Positions 56,596 through 64,000 of a stretch of DNA of 64,000 nucleotides are shown here, in pieces. The notes below the pieces were generated by a model that saw only the letters and a list, made by a program, of their open reading frames with translations, was not told the origin of the DNA and did not search any database. Source of the DNA: an uncultured Bacteroidaceae bacterium (GTDB taxonomy: Bacteria > Bacteroidota > Bacteroidia > Bacteroidales > SM23-62); the NCBI GenBank assembly GCA_964574985.1, contig CAZNPH010000001.1, positions 77,327-141,326 on the forward strand, in the 5' to 3' direction. Position 1 is the first letter of the stretch; each line of letters starts with the position of its first letter. The translations under genes were made by a program, and so were the position numbers.

Positions 56596-59193
56596 TTAAT
56601 CCAGTACAATGCTGGATTCATGTTTCGAATACCAGGGTCTGGCACGGACAATGCCTGTCCTGTGAACTCCGGTCAGTCTGACCTTTTTTACCTGTCCGGG
56701 CACAAGATCGAAAAAATTGTCCTCAAAATACCATTTGAATTCATCTCCCCGGTGATCTCCTTTCAACTCAATCCAACGGGCTATTTTATCCGTCGTAATC
56801 ATGATTGCATCCCCGTCCTTTTCCAGGGATAATTTTGCATCCGGAAAACGGTTATGGTTTTCCGGGGTAATGTATTCCAGTGAATCTGTGATTAAATTTC
56901 CCCGGGTATCATACAACTGGGCGTAAAGGGGGTTCTTGTTGAAAAACATGCCAAACCGGTCACAATCGGCCACCAGTGCGGAATCACCTTGTTCGATTCG
57001 CACATCTTTTTGAATGACCTGCAGATCTTCTGTTCCGTCCCGGTTTAAAAGTCTGATTACCAGTGTCCCCTCGAAATCAGATCCTGAATCATTGACCACC
57101 CAGACATTGATACTGTCACCCGGTTCAATGGACACCAGTATGGGCCGGTAAGCCCTTTTGATTGCATAATAGGACATGTTGGGTTCCAGAAGGTCATCGA
57201 TCAGACTGCTGTAGATCAGGGGAAAGGTATCATTCAGTTTCCACCAGTAATGCCCCCTGGTTTGCCGCGAAGCATTCGCCTGCCAATGGGGTTTGCCTCT
57301 CCGGTAACGCCCGATGGTTGCGCGGATGTATTTGGAACAGCCGGCCCCCAGCATAAACAGCAGGCTTTCAGGCGATCCGTCAGGATGGTAAAGTTCTTCC
57401 ACGTGGCCCAGCCGGGCAGTGACCCAGTCATTGGCCACAATCAGGGAAGACCAGGCCGGAGGCAGAATATTATCCGAATCCTTTGTCCGATGAGCGATAA
57501 ATCCCCCTTCAGGCCATTGCAGATCATCTCCGAGGTGTTGCTTCAATGTTTTGGAAAGGGCAACGGTGGTCCTGGTGTTTTCCGAGGGCAGCACAGGAAA
57601 ATCCATTCCAGGCATATACCAGTCATAACTCCGGATGTGTGAATCCCCGGCTTCCGGATCATTTTTAAAACCGCCTCCGAAAGGTGAATTGGGTATATAC
57701 AGCCTTTGCGGATCCAGTTTTTTGCATACCCGCCTGTAATGCACATCGAAAAGTTTCCGGTTGCCCTCGTCCAATTGCGGGCTCTTTCTTTCATTGATCC
57801 CCAGAAAGGATTCGTTTCCACCGCACCAAAGCATCAAAGATGCATGGTGCTTCCATTTTTTGACACAGTTCTTCGCCTCGCTCACGCACAATTCAATGAA
57901 TTCCGCAGACGAAGGAAAAGGTCCTCCCGTATGGGCAAATTCAGACCAGATCAGAATACCCCTTTTGTCCGCCTCATGAAAAAGCTCATCATTCCATGGA
58001 TGGGACGGCCCCCAGGCCCTCAGGGAATTCATGCTGGCCAGCCGGGCAAGGTCCATGGTTGTTTTGAAAAGCTTGTTATCCCAGACATGTGATGCCTTAG
58101 GTAATTGGGTAAGATTCGCCCCCCACAATTTGACCTTCTTTCCATTGATGGCAACATCGAAATTTTCGGTGACAACCATCTTCCTGATCCCGATATATTT
58201 AATATCCCTGTCAACGGTTTTCCCTTCCATTATGAGTTCCGTTTCCAGCCGGTACAATGGCTGAGCCCCGTACCCCGAGGGAAACCACAATTCAGGATGG
58301 TCAATGGTGAACGTACCGCCGGATGAAGAGGAATAAACATCTCCGCCAGGCATATACAGGGTATGCCTGCATGTTGTTTTCACCCCGGAATACTTGGCAA
58401 TATGTGCTTTCACCGAAAGACGAGCCCTGGTTAGATTCTCATCAACAAACTGTTCAACATCAATCCATGATATCTCAGCATGGTCAACAGGCTCCAGGAG
58501 CACTTCGTCATAGATCCCGATGGGCGTGAAACTGGGTTTCGGGCCGTTGAAGAAATTAAAATCTTCCCGCTGTTTCCTGATATACCGCAGAATGTCCCCC
58601 CCTTTATCCACAAATTCCTGTGCCCCTTTGCTGTTTTCAAGCCAGGGACGGGGAGCAAAAAAATGTATCAGGAGAACATTTTTTTGAAGCAGCCTTCCGG
58701 TTACATCGATCCGTGCAGGCAGAAAACAACTCCGGTTGCTGAATATCTTCCTGCCGTTCAGATATACATCGGCAATGGTATCCAGCCCCCTGAAATTCAA
58801 AAAAACCCTGCCGGCTTCCACCCGGTTAAAAGTGGTCCAGTATATCCAGTCCTTTTGGGCCACCCACAGGCATGGTTCCTGTTTGCCCGGTTTTATTGGA
58901 TCGTCTATGATTCCTTTTTCGGTCAAAACATCGTGCACCTGTGCAGGAATCCTGCAGTCATAAACCTTTTCCCGGTTGGTAACAATCTTATCAATATCCG
59001 GATCCGGCAGTTCCCCGTTTTCTTCCAGTGCATACAATTTCCAGTTCTTCAAGGATTTACCCTGATTGCCCGGACGGCCGTGTCCGGTTCTGTACAAAGC
59101 ACTTTCAGAATCATTATTGCCTGATATACGGGTACCCGCAAACAATCCTGCCAGGCCTGCCGATGAATTGCGTAAAAAAATCCTTCGCTTCAT
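56596..59193 (-). CDS. Glycoside hydrolase family 2 (beta-mannosidase-like architecture), TAT signal
   Basis: The ORF runs 56596..59328. The likely start is the ATG at 59193 (MKRRIFLRNSSAGLAGLFAG). It has a GH2 N-terminal sugar-binding region and a TIM-barrel region with ILIWSEFAH and MLWCGGNES (the acid/base NE context). Confidence 0.75.
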   Translation of the reverse strand: MKRRIFLRNSSAGLAGLFAGTRISGNNDSESALYRTGHGRPGNQGKSLKNWKLYALEENGELPDPDIDKIVTNREKVYDCRIPAQVHDVLTEKGIIDDPIKPGKQEPCLWVAQKDWIYWTTFNRVEAGRVFLNFRGLDTIADVYLNGRKIFSNRSCFLPARIDVTGRLLQKNVLLIHFFAPRPWLENSKGAQEFVDKGGDILRYIRKQREDFNFFNGPKPSFTPIGIYDEVLLEPVDHAEISWIDVEQFVDENLTRARLSVKAHIAKYSGVKTTCRHTLYMPGGDVYSSSSGGTFTIDHPELWFPSGYGAQPLYRLETELIMEGKTVDRDIKYIGIRKMVVTENFDVAINGKKVKLWGANLTQLPKASHVWDNKLFKTTMDLARLASMNSLRAWGPSHPWNDELFHEADKRGILIWSEFAHTGGPFPSSAEFIELCVSEAKNCVKKWKHHASLMLWCGGNESFLGINERKSPQLDEGNRKLFDVHYRRVCKKLDPQRLYIPNSPFGGGFKNDPEAGDSHIRSYDWYMPGMDFPVLPSENTRTTVALSKTLKQHLGDDLQWPEGGFIAHRTKDSDNILPPAWSSLIVANDWVTARLGHVEELYHPDGSPESLLFMLGAGCSKYIRATIGRYRRGKPHWQANASRQTRGHYWWKLNDTFPLIYSSLIDDLLEPNMSYYAIKRAYRPILVSIEPGDSINVWVVNDSGSDFEGTLVIRLLNRDGTEDLQVIQKDVRIEQGDSALVADCDRFGMFFNKNPLYAQLYDTRGNLITDSLEYITPENHNRFPDAKLSLEKDGDAIMITTDKIARWIELKGDHRGDEFKWYFEDNFFDLVPGQVKKVRLTGVHRTGIVRARPWYSKHESSIVLD

Positions 59194-59248
59194 TTTTAAT
59201 ACACGCACAGGGTTTAAAATTTCATCCTCTCCGGTCCCAAACGGAACA

Positions 59249-59995
59249 CTACAATTCCCTGATCCATATATTCCTGAAGCTGACCGGATTGCCGTGGTCC
59301 TGCAATTGCAGTGGCTCTTTCGGGTCATGGGCTGTGTATTCAGGAAGCCCCTTGAAAGTGGTTTTACCTTTCAATTCCACATGATTCTGGATCAATACGT
59401 TGTTGTGAAGTACGGTCATGGTTGCCGGGGACTTCAAACTTCCGTCAGTGTTGAACCTGGGCGCCCTGTATATGATGTCATATGTCTGCCATTCGCCAGG
59501 GGGCCGGCAGGCATTGACCAGGGGCATATACTGCTTGTAGATAGAACCGGCCTGGCCGTTCGAATAGGTCCTGTTGTTGTAACTATCCAGTACCTGCAGT
59601 TCATACCTTCCCTGCAGGAAAATCCCACTGTTGCCCCTGCCCTGGCCTTTTCCGGTGACTTCATAAGGGGTCCTCCATTCAATATGCAACTGGCAATCAC
59701 CAAAGGATTTTTTGGTCTGTATTGCACCGGTTTTCGGAACCACGGTCATGGCATCATTCTCGATCTTCCAGGGTGCTTTTCCCCCGTTTACGCTTTCCCA
59801 CTCAGACAGATCCGTTCCGTCAAAAAGAACAATGGCATCGGAGGGGGGCATGGTTCCTTCTCCCGGTTGAATGATCTCCGGTTCCGGTTCCCATACTTCC
59901 GTTTCCTTCGGATCCATCTCCTGTGCCATTGCAATAAAGGTTAAAAAAAGTGCTGAAATTCCAAAAATAGCAATTTTTAATGTTCTGTTTTTCAT
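59249..59995 (-). CDS. DUF1080 / 3-keto-disaccharide-hydrolase-family protein (concanavalin-like fold)
   Basis: 248 aa with a signal peptide. It contains [35 protein letters not shown] and the C-terminal [18 protein letters not shown], which is diagnostic of DUF1080. Confidence 0.85.
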   Translation of the reverse strand: MKNRTLKIAIFGISALFLTFIAMAQEMDPKETEVWEPEPEIIQPGEGTMPPSDAIVLFDGTDLSEWESVNGGKAPWKIENDAMTVVPKTGAIQTKKSFGDCQLHIEWRTPYEVTGKGQGRGNSGIFLQGRYELQVLDSYNNRTYSNGQAGSIYKQYMPLVNACRPPGEWQTYDIIYRAPRFNTDGSLKSPATMTVLHNNVLIQNHVELKGKTTFKGLPEYTAHDPKEPLQLQDHGNPVSFRNIWIREL

Positions 59996-60027
59996 ATCAT
60001 GTAATCTTAATAAATGTTAATGAGTTT

Positions 60028-61356
60028 TTATACCTCCGGGAGCTGATAAGGTTTCCTGTAATGAGGTGTCAGCAATGCCGTGGCCTCTTTATTGTCAACA
60101 ATGGTATTGTTTTTTTCATCATAGATGAGCCTGCTGCCCGTACGATATGCTATATTGCCCAGGTGGGCATACAAAGCGGCACGATGGCCGATCTCAATGT
60201 CACCGGCCGGTTTTTCCCTTGATTTGACACATTTCACAAAATCTTCCGTATGGTTCAGGTGGGATTTTCTGTCACTGAACTGCATGGGAGGGGCCTGCAT
60301 TCTTTTCCCGTCATCATCTTCCTCAACATATACTTCCCAGTTCGAGCGGTCAGCGATCAGGGTCCCGTTGGTACCTATAAACGCCGCACCAAACCGTCTG
60401 TCGTATGGCCCCTGCTGAATGCCTCCATTATGTTCCCAGCAAATGACAAAATTATCCATTGCATACAAGACATTCTGGGTATCAGCTGTTTCCAGGGCAT
60501 TGTCCCCGTGTGCAAAAATACCACCGGTGGCTGAAACCGACTTCGGTGGTGATTTGACATTCATTGCCCACAGGGGCATATCGATCAAATGCACACCCCA
60601 GTCAGTCATCAATCCGCCCCCGTAATCCCAGAACATCCTCCAGGAACCGTGGAACCTGTTCCGGTTGAACGGTCTTTTGGGAGCCGGACCAAGCCACATA
60701 TCGTAATCAACACCTTCGGGAACGGGTCGGTCAGGTACGGGTGGATTGCCCGCACCGTAATTGAAATTGGCCCAGATATTGACCCTCCGTATCTTACCCA
60801 GACGGCCGGAACTGATGAAATTCATTGCCGATTGCCAGTGGGTTCCGCTTCGTTGCTGCTGTCCCACTGTAACGATCCGGTTATATTTCCGTGCGGCTGA
60901 CAACATGATGTTGCATTCGGTAATTGAATTGGCCAGGGGCTTTTCCACATAGACATCCTTGCCTGCCTGGCATGCATGAACGGTTGGCAGGCAGTGCCAG
61001 TGATCCGGAGTGCCGATCACCACCGCATCGATGTCTTTCCTTTCGAGCAATTTGCGGTAGTCCCCGTAGAATTCCGGTTTTTTCTTGCCGGTAATCTGTA
61101 CTGCATCCGCCGCACGTTCTTCCAGGACGTTTTGATCCACATCGCACATGGCGGCAAGCTCCACTCCCGGCATTTTCAGCATATCCCTTGCATCGACAAA
61201 TCCCATACTGTTGCAGCCGATCAAACCGATGACCAGCTTGTCACTGGGAGAAACACGCCCGGAGGCCAGTAATGAAGAAGGCAGCGCGGATGCGGTTCCT
61301 GCAGTGGCCATGGCCATGGCAGAATTTCTGATGAATTTTCGTCTGTTTTGTCTCAT
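60028..61356 (-). CDS. TAT-exported Gfo/Idh/MocA-family oxidoreductase
   Basis: 442 aa with a twin-arginine signal (MRQNRRKFIRNSAMAMATAG). It contains IGLIGCNSMG (Rossmann) and VYVEKPLA (the EKP motif). Confidence 0.88.
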   Translation of the reverse strand: MRQNRRKFIRNSAMAMATAGTASALPSSLLASGRVSPSDKLVIGLIGCNSMGFVDARDMLKMPGVELAAMCDVDQNVLEERAADAVQITGKKKPEFYGDYRKLLERKDIDAVVIGTPDHWHCLPTVHACQAGKDVYVEKPLANSITECNIMLSAARKYNRIVTVGQQQRSGTHWQSAMNFISSGRLGKIRRVNIWANFNYGAGNPPVPDRPVPEGVDYDMWLGPAPKRPFNRNRFHGSWRMFWDYGGGLMTDWGVHLIDMPLWAMNVKSPPKSVSATGGIFAHGDNALETADTQNVLYAMDNFVICWEHNGGIQQGPYDRRFGAAFIGTNGTLIADRSNWEVYVEEDDDGKRMQAPPMQFSDRKSHLNHTEDFVKCVKSREKPAGDIEIGHRAALYAHLGNIAYRTGSRLIYDEKNNTIVDNKEATALLTPHYRKPYQLPEV

Positions 61357-61397
61357 GTTAAATTATTATGATTAATAAATGGTTTTTAAGGTATCTG

Positions 61398-61405
61398 CAA
61401 ATTTA
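61398..61405 (-). promoter_or_regulatory. Candidate -7 box (TAAATTTG on the reverse strand) upstream of the oxidoreductase / DUF1080 / GH2 operon
   Basis: This is an exact TAnnTTTG match 41 nt upstream of the ATG at 61356. Confidence 0.4.
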
Positions 61406-61550
61406 ATGAGTATTTTCAATTATTGCCGGTCTGCCTGCTATGTATATTTCAAGGGGCATTGATTTTTCAGGAATACGCATAGGAAATCCCATAAACATAG
61501 AAATGCTTCCTCATTTTATTCCTGCCGACATATTGCTTATGCCATAAGTA

Positions 61551-62048
61551 TCATGAAGGAGGAGTCTGTATCCTGCTTTTCCTGTCCTTCAGATAAACCA
61601 GAAGGAAAACAGGAAAACCAATAATGATTAAGGCATTGATAATTGCCGAAATAAGTACTCCAACGGTAATTAATCCCCCGATCTCAATTCCGGTTATGCT
61701 GATTTCCGGAACCAGGAAGATCAAAATGGCAGCCACATAGGATATATACCAGATGATGTTGGCTACCGAAGCTGCCTTCAGCAGTCCGGTCATTTCCCGG
61801 TTATTATATAAACGGATCCCTCCGAAAAGAAAAAGCACACCTATCAGCATCATCAGAGGCACAAAAACAATCCAGATGGTATATAATGAAACAATGGTCT
61901 GTCGTATATCAAATCCCTCGGGATATTCCATATAATCCGGGAGCAATTCCAAAAACAGGTTCTGAGCGGCAAGAAAAAAAATCCCCAGGAGTCCGAGAAA
62001 AATAGCGGCGGCACCGTATATGATTGCTACAATACCAAGTCCTTTCAT
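61551..62048 (-). CDS. Small integral membrane protein (4 TM), unknown function
   Basis: 165 aa with four long hydrophobic helices and a basic C-terminal tail (KDRKSRIQ). Confidence 0.55.
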   Translation of the reverse strand: MKGLGIVAIIYGAAAIFLGLLGIFFLAAQNLFLELLPDYMEYPEGFDIRQTIVSLYTIWIVFVPLMMLIGVLFLFGGIRLYNNREMTGLLKAASVANIIWYISYVAAILIFLVPEISITGIEIGGLITVGVLISAIINALIIIGFPVFLLVYLKDRKSRIQTPPS

Positions 62049-62081
62049 ATTAATTTAGTTAAGTCCTAAGCTGTCTATAGC

Positions 62082-62645
62082 TCATTTCCGGCTTCCGGAG
62101 AGTGCCTGATTGATGCTGTCCCTTATTTTTCTGGATTGTTCGGAAAACCAGCTTTTCATGCTCCTCCACTGTTCTCCCGAATCCTCTCTGGCCTCATCCA
62201 GCTTTTTGACCAGCTTTTCCTTTTCCTTGTTCAGGTCGTTCAGGAAATGCTGAAAATCCTTTTCCGAATCCTTTTTTGCCCGGTCTGCAAATACTTCCAG
62301 CTCCTTTAATCTTTCTGCCAGAAGTTCAAGCTTTTCCTCGGCTTGCCTGATGAAATCGGCCCGGGTTACTTCCGCCTGGGAGTATTCTTTTTCAAATACA
62401 TTTTTGGCCTTTTCCCAGCTGTCATCATCAGACTCCTGGAGTTTTTCATATGCCGACTTAAACTTCTCCCTGGTTTCGATCAACTCCTCCAGCTCCTCAT
62501 TCAATGATTCCATCTGGATATTAAACCTGTTTTTCAGCCGTTTCAGCTCTTCCAGTATATCTGTTTCCCTTTCATAGATCTCTGCCATTACAGTTTTGAA
62601 CTTGATCTCAGCCTGATTCAAATATTCGTTTTTTTTCTTTTCCAT
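62082..62645 (-). CDS. Highly charged coiled-coil protein, unknown function
   Basis: 187 aa, E/K-rich, with heptad-like periodicity throughout and no TM or signal peptide. Confidence 0.55.
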   Translation of the reverse strand: MEKKKNEYLNQAEIKFKTVMAEIYERETDILEELKRLKNRFNIQMESLNEELEELIETREKFKSAYEKLQESDDDSWEKAKNVFEKEYSQAEVTRADFIRQAEEKLELLAERLKELEVFADRAKKDSEKDFQHFLNDLNKEKEKLVKKLDEAREDSGEQWRSMKSWFSEQSRKIRDSINQALSGSRK

Positions 62646-62700
62646 TGAATTTAGATTTTGTTTGATGATTAATGATCCATATTGACTTTATGGGGTGCAG

Positions 62701-63552
62701 TCAATGCTTTTCTTCATGGAAGATCAGCAATGGCAGTGTAACCCTTGCTGCCAATTTACGGGTAATGCTCTTGTTGAATATTTTTTCGATAAAGCCCCGG
62801 TTCTCTTTCAGCAATGCGATTAGATCACCCTTAATGTCCCTGGCGGTTTGGTCAAGGTAATCGATGATGTCCTTGCCTTTGGTAACCTGAAAATCAATTT
62901 CGGGATAATCCACTTCATTCTGAACAAGTTCCTTCAAGCCTTTTTGACGGATTTTCTCTTCAAGATCAAGATCTTCCGTTACATGTAAGGCAATGATTTT
63001 GGCTTTGAAAGGACGTGCCAGACGCACCAGTTCCTTGATGGAATGCAAGTCTTCCTCGTGATAATCGGTGGCATAAATGATCCTTTCCATATCTTCGAAT
63101 TTGGCATCAGGATGAATGACCCATACGGGTTTTTTGGATTTGTCCATGATCCTGTAATTGCTCTGCCCGAAAAGATCAAGGAATGATTCCTCTTCACGCT
63201 TGCCGGTCAGGAAGATATATTCAATGGAGGGATCCTCTGAAAAGGCGATGATGGATTCAGCGGGAACCCCCTCAACCACATTGTATTTCAAGGGAACACC
63301 CGGCCCTTTGAGCCCGCGGCTTATGTCCTCCATCATTCTGCCCAGGCTTTTGTTGGCATCCTCTGTAAGGGTCTGCATTTCCAGGGGCATTTCGGGGGAC
63401 ATCTGTGTGGTACCCGGTATTGACATCAGCATGGTGTTCAGTATATGAACCACTTTTACGCCAAGATCCAAACGTCTGGCGATTTCAATGGCATAATGTA
63501 TGGTATTTCTGGATTCCTGTGAAAAATCTGTTGGCACAAATATTTCATTCAT
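62701..63552 (-). CDS. Universal stress protein (tandem UspA domains)
   Basis: 283 aa. It has two Usp-like halves, each beginning with a beta-strand plus DFS/TDY motif (IFVPTDFSQES..., IIYATDYHEED...), and a C-terminal ...LPLLIFHE. Confidence 0.8.
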   Translation of the reverse strand: MNEIFVPTDFSQESRNTIHYAIEIARRLDLGVKVVHILNTMLMSIPGTTQMSPEMPLEMQTLTEDANKSLGRMMEDISRGLKGPGVPLKYNVVEGVPAESIIAFSEDPSIEYIFLTGKREEESFLDLFGQSNYRIMDKSKKPVWVIHPDAKFEDMERIIYATDYHEEDLHSIKELVRLARPFKAKIIALHVTEDLDLEEKIRQKGLKELVQNEVDYPEIDFQVTKGKDIIDYLDQTARDIKGDLIALLKENRGFIEKIFNKSITRKLAARVTLPLLIFHEEKH

Positions 63553-63768
63553 GTTTTGAAGGATTAGAATTCAATGATAATAAATATTATTGTTGAATAA
63601 TATAGAAAAAAAAAGTTAATTATCAAAATCACTTACCCTGTCAGCAGGGATATGGAAATTTCCCTGAGGAATTCTTATTCAGCAAAGGATTTTGTATGTT
63701 TGCTTTTGTCTGATTGAACATCCACAAAAATCGTCTTGGCAAGAAAAACCGGAAATATTCTATTGATC

Positions 63769-64000
63769 ATGCTCACGGCACTTTTTTTTTCATGCGCTTC
63801 ATCCGGGGACAACAGTGATTCCAAATTGCTTTTGGATTCCCATGCAGTATTGGGGGAAGGCGCCATCTGGAACCACTCCGAAAACAAATATTACTGGGTG
63901 GATATCGAACAGGGCATTTTGCACAGCTACCACCCGGCTGACTGCAAGCAGGAACACTTTGAACTCGGTCACCGTGCAGGCACGGTGGTACCCGAAGAGC
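63769..64000 (+). CDS. SMP-30/gluconolactonase/LRE-family protein, N-terminal part (continues beyond the right edge); lipoprotein signal
   Basis: This ORF is not in the ORF track because it has no stop in the window. My translation from the ATG at 63769 gives MLTALFFSCASSGDNSDSKLLLDSHAVLGEGAIWNHSENKYYWVDIEQGILHSYHPADCKQEHFELGHRAGTVVPEE. LGEGxxW...WVDI is the hallmark N-terminus of this family. Confidence 0.7.
   Translation, partial: MLTALFFSCASSGDNSDSKLLLDSHAVLGEGAIWNHSENKYYWVDIEQGILHSYHPADCKQEHFELGHRAGTVVPEE

Noticed and set aside
59194-59328. 45-codon N-terminal extension of the GH2 ORF
   Set aside because: It overlaps the DUF1080 gene end, and the twin-arginine signal peptide starts at the ATG at 59193.
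63675-63887. 70-aa minus-strand ORF near the right edge
   Set aside because: It lies antisense to the start of a convincing SMP-30/gluconolactonase-family gene (LGEGAIW...YWVDIEQG), so it is a shadow ORF.

Overview
This window reads as a chromosomal segment from a Bacteroidota-type genome. Supporting signs are a 286-aa primary sigma factor, TAnnTTTG -7 boxes, almost no Shine-Dalgarno sequences, many lipoprotein or TAT signal peptides, and CAZyme clusters. I support about 47 intact CDSs and 4 decayed genes. I found no rRNA, tRNA, CRISPR array, transposase or integrase.

Layout, left to right:
- 1..1045: an SSF symporter with a small coupled membrane subunit.
- 1277..6318: a TRAP transporter (dctQ, broken dctM, dctP), an amidohydrolase and a secreted glycosidase-like protein.
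- 6337..7755: a coiled-coil / class III nucleotide cyclase / HD fusion.
- 7866..16678: housekeeping genes (secreted EEP nuclease, uvrB, rpoD, htrA, dapF, gyrB).
- 16949..21684: a translationally coupled TPR giant and outer-membrane beta-barrel pair.
- 22034..28234: ftsE, then a mutS2-led operon carrying three acyltransferase/deacetylase-type genes.
- 29019..32854: ptrB, a methyltransferase and an ABC ATPase.
- 33296..40576: an envelope-chaperone operon (guaB, three SurA/PpiC-type genes, an OstA-like gene).
- 40688..46058: a DNA-repair island (recQ, a DUF5063-like gene, a WRN/RNase D-type 3'-5' exonuclease, recG).
- 46132..61356: a roughly 15-kb pectin/rhamnogalacturonan-type glycan island. It holds GH78, GH105, two GH28 paralogs around a secreted YdjC-family deacetylase, GH2, DUF1080 and two TAT-exported Gfo/Idh/MocA proteins.
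- 61551..64000: a Usp / coiled-coil / membrane operon and a partial SMP-30 gene.

The most unusual observations are:
- the cyclase-HD fusion, which has an Asp-to-Asn change at a metal-binding position;
- the mutS2-linked FemAB-like / NodB / GNAT trio;
- the split WRN-like recQ / exonuclease / recG cluster;
- a TAT-exported Gfo/Idh/MocA paralog that has lost both the dinucleotide-binding glycines and the EKP lysine;
- a lipoprotein YdjC deacetylase embedded in the pectinase cluster;
- a perfect AGGAGG in front of rpoD in a genome that otherwise lacks SD sequences;
- four genes all inactivated by internal deletions.

No classic defence or mobile system is visible. All functional calls come from reading motifs by eye, not from database searches.
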